Shown one piece after another: positions 37,533-50,500 of a stretch of DNA of 64,000 nucleotides. Under the pieces are notes generated by a model. That model was not told the origin of the DNA and did no database searches. It was given only the letters and a program-made list of their open reading frames with translations. Made by a program: the position numbers and the translations under genes. How positions within the stretch are numbered: the first letter of the stretch is position 1; the number at the start of each line of letters is the position of its first letter. Source of the DNA: Saccostrea echinata (taxonomy: Eukaryota); the NCBI RefSeq assembly GCF_033153115.1, contig NW_026889796.1, positions 15,500,001 to 15,564,000 on the forward strand, read 5' to 3'.

Positions 37533-38183
37533 TTGGTATTTCTTAACTCTTAAATCACGCGTAGAAACTTCCGATTTGTCAGTTCTATCATTTTTTCGAT
37601 TCTTTATGACAAATGACATCTTTATGAAAAATGTAAAATATTTCTCATTTTTATCGACATTTCGCTTTATTGAAAAAAAAAATATAATAATAAAAATAAG
37701 AAGATTGATGACGTCACGAATTTTTGACAAAATTGCATTGTGGCAACGTCACGTCATAGATACGGCGCCATTTAGTTGCAAGCGGACGTGTGAAATATTA
37801 GGAAATAAAATATTTGAGATTTTTTCATGAAGTTTAAAGTTATTCTAACTCATTGCAGCGCATACAAGGCAAAAAGGGTAAAATATACCTTGTTGTTAAC
37901 AAAATCGTTTCAAAGCGATTGTATCTTTATTTTAGAAGTTGTTTTGATCAGGACAACAAAGTTTTCACTGAAGAAAGTATATTACATGTATCCTAGATAT
38001 CTTATTATGAACCATCTTTCAATGCAATGCATTCGTACTTCTTTCCATCTTCTTTTGGCGGAAAAATAAAATGAAAAAAATGGTTTGCATTTATAATATT
38101 TAGTATTTTTTTTAATTTTACAGAAGAGAGGGGGTGGTTAATAAATTGAAATGACATTTGCTAGAAGTTTTTTTTATTTACAG

Positions 38184-40746
38184 CTTAAGCCTTACGAAAG
38201 AAGGGTGAGTCCCAAACTACTACACAGGCCTGTTCTGGATTACAGTAATATTACAGATGGCCGCTCAGGGTCATATACCACTCAGGAAACATTCCGATTT
38301 CCCGCCGAGAAAGATGCGACATTTACTGTCAACTGTAACACAGACGGAATTCGGAGCCTTGGTCCATCCTATTCTGTGGAGAAAAACAACACCATTTTCC
38401 CAGACAAGCCTGCTCACAAGGATAACCAAGCTGACCACTATTCTCTGGGTTTACCAAAATATGGAAACCCTAACGAACACGATTGGACGGATGTTCCTTT
38501 ACCTGGGAACGTTACGCCTGTAAATTCACAACATAGAGAAAAAGGCCATAGCTCAACAGAGGACGAATGTACAAACTTCAGAAAAAACTCGATGCTGAAA
38601 AACAGAAATCTTTTAGTGTCAATGACGGAAACATGGATTCTGGGGTTGGGAAACCATTATGGGGGCCATCTTATCGCACTGTGGACTATACAGTGTATTC
38701 GTTAACAGGGTCTGGCGAGTCAAACAGAGAATACCAGACTTGGTCTGGACTGCAGACCTCGGACGGCAAATATAATTTAGTAAGTGTCATTAATCACTGT
38801 TAATTTAAAACCCCAGTCACATTTCCAAAAACGACAAACGGCCAACGGTTTATGAGACAAGAATAGGATTCTTCGGGCAACAATCAGCAGTTTATCGACC
38901 CTTGTCTTGCCAGATTTTGACCTCTTTTTTGTCAGCCGACCAATTTTTGTCCGTCGGGCCAAGATATATTTTTTTTTTCTACGTCGGTGGCCGATTTCTT
39001 CGATTAAAGCAGTCAGTGAATAGTCCGTCGACCAACCTTCGATCATCATCCGACCATCGGCAGACAGTTTGTGAAGTCGGTCGGCCGACATTTAGGTATT
39101 GTGTTTTCAAAAAATGTCGACCGACAGTGAAAATCAACTGCTCCGCGTCGCCCGATAATCATGTTTTTTTTTCAGCCGACGAAACGAGAAAAATTTGGTT
39201 GCCCGACCATCGGTTTAAATGTGATTCAGGTTAAAGTGGGAGTTCGGGGGTGGGGTTTGGATTTTTTATGACAAAGTGACAAAAGAACTGAGTTTTCTTT
39301 CCCCCGGTATTTATAACATTTTCATAAGAGAACAACAGATACCCATGGTTAGGTGTGGCGGAATATTATTATCTCTTGAAAGCTTAAATTTCTCCTCAAT
39401 CTCTGGTCCTTCTATCTGAACATGTTTTATGTTTACATGTTTTCTGTTTATTTTTTTTCTTCTTTTTAATTCGTTTTATTTATTTACTTCTGTATCATAT
39501 TCAAGTGAAAACTTGGCTTTCATGAAATTCTGATATATTGATCGATATTCATTTTTGTGAATTCTTAGATTAAATACTGGGTATATTAATAAAATGCTTA
39601 TTTTGATTATTCTCCTTACATTTCCATCAAACCTTAATTATTAATAATAGAATGATTTTTTTTTCAGAGAGACAGGATTAACAGTCCTTTGTCTGATGAA
39701 TGGAAAAAAAAGATTGATGAATTGGTAATTTTATCTATAAATTCCAAATTTGGTATGAACGATGAAGTTTAAAACTCTACACTCGCTTCATAAGAAAGTG
39801 TTTCATTCGAAAAAGTAGGCTCATCATCTTTGCAAAACTGAGATACAGTGAAAACTTTTATATTCTAATTAGTGTAATCTTCCTGTCTTTCCAGTTGCAC
39901 CTCGTTGACGCAGTTGATGAAATGGAAACAGGAGGCCTAGGATTGGTCCATACAGAGCAAGATAAAGTTTATATGGTACAGGATTGTTTATGTCTAAATA
40001 TATAAATAAATAATTTACAATTAAATTTAATTGATATATATATACATGTATATTTTAATCTTATTACTCCCCAACCCCAATATCTTCAATATCCTTAGTA
40101 AAACTAAGAAGAATTCACAAAAATATAATAGTATATATTTCTTTCTAGAAAAAGGGATTATTTATTTTTTTCAGCCTATGGTTTTGGCTTCAACTGAATC
40201 CAGACACGAGGATGTAAAACAAAACATAGACTATACTCGATTCAGACCAAAAAAATCAGAGAGAAAAATTGGGCCGCTGTGTCAGACACCGCCCTTATGC
40301 GGTATGCTTTCATGTCATCCTCCATAAACAACAGAATTTAGAATGTAAAAAAAAAAATAAATCAAGGATAATGTTGCACAAGAACTTTTTTTTTTAATTT
40401 CCAGAGAAAAACACGCAGCCATGGAGAAACATTGACAAAAACTGGTCACATGGGCAACGACCCGATGTAGATTACTGGCAATTCCTAATTAATAAATCTG
40501 GTAAGATCTAACAAGACATTAATGCTCAAATATTGCAATATATTAAAAAGTTGATTTAAAGTTTTAGTAAATCAATTAAAAACTAATAAAACACTAAAAT
40601 AAAAGATATATATTGTTATTTGGTTTCACATTGTTAATTGTCATTCATACAGTGAAATTTTTGTTGACCTGCTTTTCAGTGTTAAAAAATATTTGGTGCT
40701 AATTTCACTTTACATTTTCTTCTTTTTTTTAGGTTTTGGATTCTAA
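38184..40746 (+). CDS. Uncharacterised spliced gene with an apparent 1-nt frameshift near 38566; exons 38184-38779, 39668-39724, 39895-39975, 40175-40301, 40405-40500, 40733-40746; start exon unresolved (possibly ~36600-36635)
   Basis: Six exons with strong AG/GT signals join in frame to a stop (...FLINKSGFGF*). The first is 596 nt and needs one extra base (GAA[A]TG) to link the two ORF-track frames. No family recognised. Confidence 0.65.
38809..39231. mobile_element. MITE (PIF/Harbinger-like)
   Basis: Imperfect TIR AACCCCAGTCACATTT/AAATGTGATTCAGGTT; CCGAC/GTCGG-rich interior. Confidence 0.55.
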
Positions 40747-43109
40747 TATATACTGCATTCAAAGATGTAGCAGTTATGGAAAATTACAGAATGGACGAGT
40801 GCAGTTTTTTTTTAATTATAAAAAAAATAAATGAAATTCATTCATATTTTTTAAAAAGCAGCTATGTCAGTGCTAAATTGATAACGTTTTTAACAATTTA
40901 TTGTTATCGAAAAATAAATGAAATTTGAAAATATTAATGTTCTCATTACTGTTTCAATTTGTTGTTATTAAACCATGTTAAAAATATCAAAGGAAGTTTC
41001 CGAGATCCAATTTCTTTATTTTGCACCAAATGTTGTCAACCTATAAGATTCGACGACCAAAAAAATATGTCTAGTACATGTATACTCCAAAATACATACG
41101 CTTATCTTGCAAGTTCGCAAAAACAAGAGACAGTAACGTCTCTTCACTTTGGCCAGACTAAACTCAAAATATTTAATGTTAGCATGGCAGATACACGTAT
41201 AGCGGGGACCTCCATTTTTACAATTTTTGAAGACCTTCGTGTTTAAAGTACCAAGAAAATCCAAAACATTACGAACTTTGTTTAAAAAGCATGCTTTCAA
41301 AAGGGCCTTACACATAATTTGGGGTATCCCTGCCTAAGTACAAAATTTAGGCCTGTTCTGAGCTTTAAATAAGTGATGTTTTAAAAATTCTATTTGATAC
41401 AAAGTGGAGACTGCATCTGACGTACATTTAACATTTATCTAAATTGTAAGGAATGTATCCAACTTAAAAGAAGGTATACATACACAAACAAAATCTGCAC
41501 ACATGGGGAATATTTTGAATGCCCTTTTCCCCCTGAAATGTACATTACATGCTGCTTTTGACTCTTTATAGACTCGAGGAGAAAGAAAACATGATTCTCA
41601 CTTATCAGTTTATACTTGACGAAACTCTGGTTAAGTACAACATTTGGGTCATTTATATAAGCTTTAAATGGACCAGGTGCTAAAAAGTCCAATTAAACTA
41701 TACAACTTATGAGCAGAGCAGACACGGACCTCTGAAAATATATGAGGTGAGATCGGGTACCGTGGAACGGTCAAAGACTCTTGAAAAGAAAAAAAAAATC
41801 CTTCAGAGATCATCATGAGGCAACTCAGCTGAGAACTGTGTCACATGAACATTTTTCTTTCCCAAGGGATGCTTTTTGCAAAAAAAAAAACAAAAAAAAA
41901 AAAAACAAAACAAAACATAAAACGAGAACTTCGATCTTCGTTCTATAAACCTTTTCTTTGTTGTCAGATGTAACACTATCTCACCTTACCAAATTGATCA
42001 AGCAGGTATTGTTATCAAAATTTGTTCATCATCTGTCTGGCATCTTTCTCTTTGTCATACCTTGATTTTTCAGTTTCTTCTCCAAAACCAACAGGTCACC
42101 TGAAACCATACTTGTCTCAATGCATCCTAGGATAAAATGTTCTCAAATATTTTCATATAAGGGGCCATTGCTTTCCCCAAAAGGTCATTATGTATTACCA
42201 AATGATAAAAATGAGGTAGAGTTGTTTTAAAAAATCTCAAGAATCAAAAATGTCAAGTAATACGAATTGCTCTCTAGATTGGTTCAGTAAATCTATAAAC
42301 TAGGCTAGAATGACTTTAGCCCTAGTCCCTTTTGTCAATTCTTTGACGTTATGAGTTTTGTCCTTCAGTCAAATCTCCTTTCTTTACTTTTATGTTCTGG
42401 TCCGGATTACCGGTAAGTACAAAATTTAAAAAAAAAAAAAAGGCCTCATATGATTTACTGTGAAATAAAGAAATAACAACATTTCTCCAACATAAAAGAC
42501 AATAAATAAAGACACTCCAAACAAAATTTGATGAATTCATATTTTGACATATACAGCTACATTGTTTCTGTACTTTCTGGAATTGGTGCAAAAATATACA
42601 AGTTTGAGAAGTTTTTTACTTGTACATGCAAGTGTGCAACGGTAAATTTAAGTAACATTACGAAAGCATGAAACATATCAAAATGAAAATAAAATTGGAT
42701 ATTTATAAACTCTTTTTAAACAACTTTATCACACAATAAAGCATAAAATTTAGAAACAATGCTTTATAATACATTATCCCAAACAAGCATTTGCATTTGA
42801 CGTTTACAATACAGCACCTTAAAATAGACGTAAATGATACATGAAGCATCACACAATCCCCCCCCCCCCCCTCTAGATTTTTCTGTCCAACTACCATTTA
42901 AGAAAAATGGGAATTTTAAAGCAGACTTTTAAAATTTAAAATTGCCAAAAAGGTGCTGCCTGACTGCAACATGCATGAACTCACAGTCTGATCAAATGGA
43001 ATTATGATCACTGGGACCAATACTACATATGTAAATTACCTGATATTTGACCTTTCATATTCAGTCTTATTCTCTATCAACTTTCATGTGAACTAAAAAG
43101 ATGAATATC

Positions 43110-43142
<33 letters not shown>

Positions 43143-44223
43143 AGCTATAAAGCAAAAAAATTACATAATTTCTTTTAAAATAAACATAAGAATTTTCTCT
43201 TTGTTGTAGAATAAATATTTTTTCCATTATTTTTTTATTGTAAATAAACTATGAAACATCCATGTAAAAAAAAATTACAGATGGGTAGATACTAGGAGAT
43301 GACTTAAACTAGTTTTGCTGTTTTACCAAACCAAAATATTCCATCGATACCAAAAAAGTAGGACAGATTTTCCTTCCAACTTTAAATTACCTGATAGGGG
43401 AAAATAATCTGATATAATTTTATTAAAAAAAAAAAACTCATTCAGATTTCCAGTTTAAGACTGTGAACATTTGGCATTTGAACACATGACTACTGACTTT
43501 TATGTAAAGTGCTTCATTGAACTGCACTGTTAAGAGAATTATCAAGACATGATACACGTCAGATGCATGCTAAGTTTAGCTGAAAAAATGGGGGGAAAAA
43601 ACACTTCAACTGGTTTTGTCCATTTAAAAAAGCCCTTCAGCACATGTACTCAGAACGTAAAGTTCACTGAAGGCATTTCAAGATATCATGCAAAACATTT
43701 TAAAGTGGTCTGATAACAGATTTGTGAAAGATACAATGTATACAGCTTTGATTTTTTTTATTATTACTGTTAATGTCAGGGCCATTATTGGCCCAAAATA
43801 ATGAATAATTTACCTTAAAAGAAACCCTCCAATGTTTTAATACATTATATGTATCAACAGGATCACATACTTTAAAATGTGCTACTAGGCTATAAAATTT
43901 AAAGTTTTATTCATACACCAAATGGATGTACATGTAGGATCTGCTCTTTCATTGTGTAAGTACAGTACCTGATTTACACAGAATAATCACCCCTTTTATG
44001 CTACATACATAACATACAGCAAATTATCAAAGTTTAAAATGAATTTACCTGACAGATTCTCTCTTATTGAACCTTTGGCTCAGGACAGATTAAAATGGAT
44101 AAAAAAAATATCCACAGACTTAATGTAAAATTAGTTGTAAAATTAAATTAACATTTACATTTTTACAAATATTCTTAATTGATAGTTATAATCATATTAA
44201 AGTATAACTTAATACATTCATAA

Positions 44224-44367
44224 TACAGTGAAAACTGTCAATCCGACACCTGTACAATTCGTTACACTGTGAATTCATTCCCATTTCATATGTTCTTTCC
44301 ACTGTGCAATCCAACACCCTGTTTATTTCGACACCAATGTATGTCGGATTAGACAGGTTTCACTGTA
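44224..44367. mobile_element. Short Tc1/mariner-type MITE in the UBAC2 3' region
   Basis: TACAGTGAAAACTGTC.AATCCGACA / TGTCGGATTAGACAGGTTTCACTGTA. Confidence 0.75.
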
Positions 44368-44569
44368 TCTGCACTATGTAATATAAATTTGCAAGTGAGC
44401 TAGAAGTACAAATAAAGCGGATGTACATTGTACAGGATCAAAATTAAAAACACTATTTATTTACAGTGACTTATTACCGTAAGGCATTTGGTAATTCAAC
44501 CATATCTTTGGTGAGAATCATCATTTTTAATGAGAAAATGATCTTTTAATGTAAGGCCAGCAAGGACTG

Positions 44570-47500
44570 CTAAGATTCTTGGAGCAGAAAATTTGTTGCT
44601 GTATTGAGGTCATTATGAGACATAAGTAAGGCCCTTCTCACACTTTCCTCTGTAAATCCCATATCCACTAGCTGCTGGATCTAAAACAAACAACTACACC
44701 TTCAATCTTCTGTTAAAGTTGTCCGAGTTCTTCGATGACTCTTTCTTTGAATCTGACAGTTGCTGTTGCATTAAATTTGCTGTATATATGATAATCTGCA
44801 AGTGACCCCCCCCCCCCCAAAAAAAAACAACAAAAACAAAACCAAAGAACTACAGCTTTATTTTTGATTTCTATTGTAGATTTAAGTCTTTACCTGTTCT
44901 TGTGATGGTGGATCAGCTGCTGGGACATTTCTCTGCCTTAATCCTTCATTTATTTCTGCAAAATCTTCTGCATCATCCATTGCTCCAAACAGTCCAGGAC
45001 CATTCTGATAATTAAACAAAAATGGCTTGCACTTATAGTTACATGCCTACAGAAACAAAGATGACCAACAACTAGGGGACATATGTTTCTAAGATACACA
45101 CATTTAATTTACAAATAACAAGGTGAAATGTCATTCACTCATTGTCAAAGTAAACTCCAATGTTGGAATATGTGATCAATCCAAATCTTTTCTACTACAG
45201 GTAGTGACAATGTCATCCTCAATAGTTAGGATCATGTTTCAATATTAATTCAAAGTTCAAAGGTCAAGGTCAAGTTAGAGATGTCATGTCATCCAAAACA
45301 GAGATAGACACATTTGATTTACCAGTGATTTGATCAAAGGTCAAGGACAAGTTGCTTAAGCTCATTTTACCTAGTAAAGTTAGAAGGTATATAATAAAAA
45401 TAGGTTATCCTCAACAAAACTAAAATTGTCTATCTACCAATATTAAAGCCAAGAAAAACTGGCATGGGAGTATGGCAGTATTTTAAACATTTTTTCTTAT
45501 TTTGTTTATGTTGAAATCCAACACACATTTTCTAACATCAAGATTTAAGGTCTATGCATGATATTAGAAGATCATGATTGGAAAAAGTCATTCCCAACAG
45601 ATAGGCCAAATGGAAATTTCAAGCCAAACTAACCTGAGGTGAAATTTCAAACAATTCACATCTTTTGCTCTAAAACGATCTTTCCTGATTTGGATAGTAA
45701 CATGCCCCTGATCTCAGATTGAAAATCTAGGTCTTACCCGATTTGGATAGTAACACAGTCCCTGCTCTCGGATTAACTGCGGTAATATCTGTTGTTCTGT
45801 ACTGTTTTTAAGATTGCAAAACAGTCCTTGCTCTTGGATTGACTGCAATAACACCTGTTGTTCTATCAGTGTCCTTCCTGATTTGGATTGTGAAGTGGTA
45901 CCAGCTCTCAGATACCTGCTCTCTGATTGACTGTATCAGTGCTCTACCTGATTTGGATTGTGAGGTGGTACCTGCTCTCGGATTGACTGTATCAGTGTCC
46001 TACCTGATTTGGATTGTGATGTACCTGCCTTCAGATTGACTGTATCATGTCCTACTGATTTGGATTGTGTGGTGGTATTTGCTCTTGGATCGACTGTATC
46101 TGTGTCCTACCTGATTTGAATTGTGAGTGGGTCCCTGCTCTGGGATTGACTGTATCAGTGTTTTACCTGATTTGGATTGATAGGTGGTACCTGCTCTTGG
46201 ATTGACTGTATCAGTGTCCTACCGGATTTGGATTGTGAAGTGGTACCTGCTCTGGGATTGATTGTATCAGGGTCCTACCTGATTTGGATTGTGAAGTGGT
46301 TCCTCTGGGATTGATTGTATCTGGGTTTTGTGAGGTGGTCCCTGCTCTCGGATTGACTGTATCAGGGTCTTACCTGATTTGGATTGTAAGGTGGTCCCTG
46401 CTCTCAGATTGACTGTATCAATGTCTTACCTGATTTGGATTGTGGTGTTGTACCTGCTGTCGGATTGACTGTTAGGTAAAACTTACCTGATTTGGATTGT
46501 AAGGCGGTCCCTGCTCTCGGATTGACTGCAATAACACCTGTCGTTCAATCTGATCCATCCTCTCCTGTCTCTGAAGCTCTAGAGTGGCTCCCATGGGGAG
46601 AACATAGTCTTTAGGTTCTGCAGAGTCAATAAATCTACCAAAAACTTTATACACAGTTCCAGCAATCACACTGGGTATCACAATTAGCTGCTGGATTTTT
46701 AAAAAGTTCTTTCTCCATAAAATTCCAGATATCTAAAAAATTTAAAACAAATGAGCAATATAATTTAATGCAGCTGAATTCTTAATGAATGGGAAGTCTT
46801 ACATAAGCATAATCCTAAGTCAAATATGATCTGTGAATAAACAATATACTGGACAGATAACAATCAGCAATCAATATTAATGGTCACCAGACATAGGTCA
46901 CTGGGATAAACAACTGTTCTACACTGTACAAACTAAAAATGTGTTCACAGGACACAAATGCCCAGCCCAAATATAAATGAAAAGAAATGTAACTTGTACC
47001 TTTGGTCTGAGTTAATAGTAAAATATAATGAAAGAGGGGAAAATTTTCAAATATTATAACATTCTGCCCATTACAGTACAATATACTGTATACAGGCAAA
47101 ATTTCACTCCAGTTTTATTTTTGCCCCTTTTCCCTCTTCAGTGGGCAAATTCAGAACGGAGTCAATTAAACAGAGGTATCTCTTTCTTATAACACCACAT
47201 GTGTGTGGAACAATTTTTAAAGGAAGAAATCATTTTGAAGTGTGTGATAAATTGAAAATAACACAAAATAACACAGGAAGAAAATAACCCTGTACACAAT
47301 ATCATTGATGATATATATACAACTTCCTGTTAGAGAACAAAACATTCATGTATATAATTGATGATATGTAAAGAACACTGTATCGTTGGTAAATACATGT
47401 ACATGTATATACATCCTGTTAAAAAATAATACTAACTTTTCTTGAAAAACTGTTTGAATTTAATTTATAACCCTCTACTGTAATGCATAAACATTGCCCT

Positions 47501-50500
47501 GATACTTACAATTCCACAGAATGCTACTATCAAGGTCTCTAAAGAACCGCTAGCTACCTGTTAAAGAAAAGAAAGGAATAATATGATTTTCTTCATTAAG
47601 GTTCATAAACCTATAAAATGCACTTGCTTTAATGCTTATGATTTTCCAAAAGAAATGTATTTGTTAAGGTATGTCACTCGTGAAATTTGTTATATCAAGG
47701 ATTTTTTGAGAAGTATATTTTGGATAAGTACTCATATAGTATGACTCAAAATCGCAGAGAAAATGGGGAGTCAGTGTGCATCTAACTGAGCTACAGTACA
47801 ATTAAGTTGACCTTTTTGCACTTAAATTGTAACTCTTTGGTTAATCACTTTAACCGTTATCATATTTTATAAGATGTAACCATGGCAATAAACATAATCT
47901 TATTTTACGTAAAACAGTTTGAATAATATTTATCATTGAACAAATCATGCAAATTAATGCACGTAAATTATTGTGTGACCTTTTTGCACTAAAAAAGTCT
48001 CATATTTGGGGTATTAAAAATCTAAATAGGCAATAGGATATTTTCTTGTATCAAACTTTTTACAACTTATTTGCTAATCGGTCAAAAGTATCGAGTAGTT
48101 TAAAATAATGAAAGAAAAAGTTGGGGTCAGTGATGTAAATTTTGAAATATTGGTCAAAATATGCGATTTTCAGACAAAAAACTGTGTAAATTTTATCTCA
48201 ACTTCCTTAATATATCTTCATTTCTTGGCATTGTTTGTTGAGCGAAGGTGTAAATTTTGTTATAAAAATATAAATTGAGACCTATATTTAATATTCCAGG
48301 CATATCATAACGGAAAATATTCTCTGAGTAAAAGTATGTGAGGCTAAAGTTCCAAGATATTAAATTTAATAAATGTGTAGATTTGCAGAATTTTCTGCTA
48401 AATATCCTTCCGCCACAAGAAATAGTTCCTTATAAATCTTGCTTCTTTGTGAATTTTTGAGCAGTTTTTTAATTGAATGTTGAACATTTTACATTGTTTA
48501 ATCTAAATATGTTATAAGGATTGAATTGTAATAAATAGTTTTTAAGTAAGAGGTTCTGACTGAAATTTTCTAAAAGGCTGACGAGTGACATACCTTAAGT
48601 AAAATACAAACAAGCATAGCATAGCTTGCAGGGCAAAATTGGACAATAAAGACAATTCAACTTGACAAATTCATAAAGGAATAATAGACATTTATGTCAT
48701 TAAGAGTTATCTCTCTTATCAGAGTATCAATGAACCTTAAACCCAGCTTATATACCGGTAAGTGAAAGATCAGAAAACAAACCAATAAAAACATTAACTA
48801 ATATTGTATTCTATTTCTATTCCAACTGTGTAAAAAAAAAATCAAGTATAAAGCATAGCTGATGTTCTATCTTTATAAGGACATTGTAGTTTTGAATGCA
48901 TTAAACAATAATACCTGTAGACCCAGGAAATACTGGAAGGATTTCCCAGTCATCGGGATTCCTAAAACATTTCCAAGTTCTATTCTTGGAATATCCATAA
49001 AGTATGGTACAAAAAATGGGTAAATTAAACATAATCTACAAAACAGAAAAATAATAATTGTACATATACATGTATAACAAGAAGTCTGTGAGCCAATGCT
49101 CACTAATAATACCCCCGCTCTGATGTGAATACACAAGTTCGGTTATAGACAAAGACAGTGATAATTAGGAAATTGACATTGGATTTGTAAAAACTGAATC
49201 CCAACATATGGCATGCCTAAACAAAGACTGTGCTAAAATTTGAAGCATCTGCGATAAGTAGTTGCTGAGAAAACTACGACCAAAATTTGCTATGTATGTT
49301 TCGGACAGACGCACGGATAAACAGGAAGTTGACATCGGATTTGTACAAAAATGAATCCCACCATATGGCATGCCTAAACAAAGAGTGTGTTAAAATTTCA
49401 AGCACCTGTGATGAGTGGTTGCTGAGAAAACTGCAACCAAAGTTTGTTATGTGTTGTACGGACAGACGCACGGATAAACAGGAAGTTGACATCAGATTAG
49501 TACAAAAATGAATCCCACCATATGGCATGCCTAAACAAAGATTGTGCTACAATTTCAAGCACCTGCGATGAGTAGTTGCTGAGAAAAGTACGACCAAAAT
49601 TTTTTATGTATGGTACGGACAGACGCACGGTTAAACAGGAAGTTGACATCAGATTAGTACAAAAATGAATCCCACCATATGGCATGCCTAAACAAAGATT
49701 GTGCTACAATTTCAAGCACCTGCGATGAGTAGTTGCTGAGAAAAGTACAACCAAAATTTTTATGTATGGTACGGACAGACGCACGGATAAACAGGAAGTT
49801 GACATCGGATTCGTACAAAAATGAATCCCACCATATGACATGCCTAAACAAAGATTGTGCTAAAATTTCAAGCATCTGCAATGAGTAGTTGCTGAGAAAA
49901 CTGCGACCAAAATTTGTTACAGACAGACAGACAGACAAACGGACAGACACACAAGGGTAAAAAACAGTATACCCCCCTCTCCTTCGGAGCGGGGGTATAA
50001 TTAACAAGAGGCTGACAAGCAAAATTGCTTAACTGAGTCATTATTCTTGACCAAGTTGTTGTTGCTTTCACTCAAATAACATCTGTCAATGTCTTAAATC
50101 ACATGACTAAACTGAAATATGCTCCAAAATACTAGTATAAACAAGAGAGCACAGTCCAGGTTTTATTCCTATTTCAATGCACTAGTTATGCTATATTTAA
50201 ATAAATTTACAGCTGATTGCAAAAAAAAAAAAAAAAAGGGACATCCCAATCTCATAAACTTTAAATGTGAAATTCCAATATGAATGGGTATACAGGTCCA
50301 AAAGAGGGCTTACTGAGCCACAAGTTCCTAAAATTAAGGGAATGTTACTCCTCATATTGCCAAGATGTACATAAATTTGTACACTCTCACAGCTGAACAT
50401 ATAAAGATTTATGGGAATCAAAAATACTGAAATTCTTTGTGTTTCAAATTCAACAACTGTACAAGTATCGATCTGATCATTTGTAATGTGTTCATTTGAT

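Noticed and set aside
40800-44500. Short ORF-track ORFs between the unknown gene and UBAC2
   Set aside because: AT-rich, no recognisable motifs and no coherent exon chain; probably 3'UTR or intergenic DNA with repeat debris.
49165-50071. Repeated ORFs (MPYGGIHFCTN...) as a repeat protein
   Set aside because: They are chance frames across a 157-bp non-triplet repeat inside a HINE, with no consistent splice signals.
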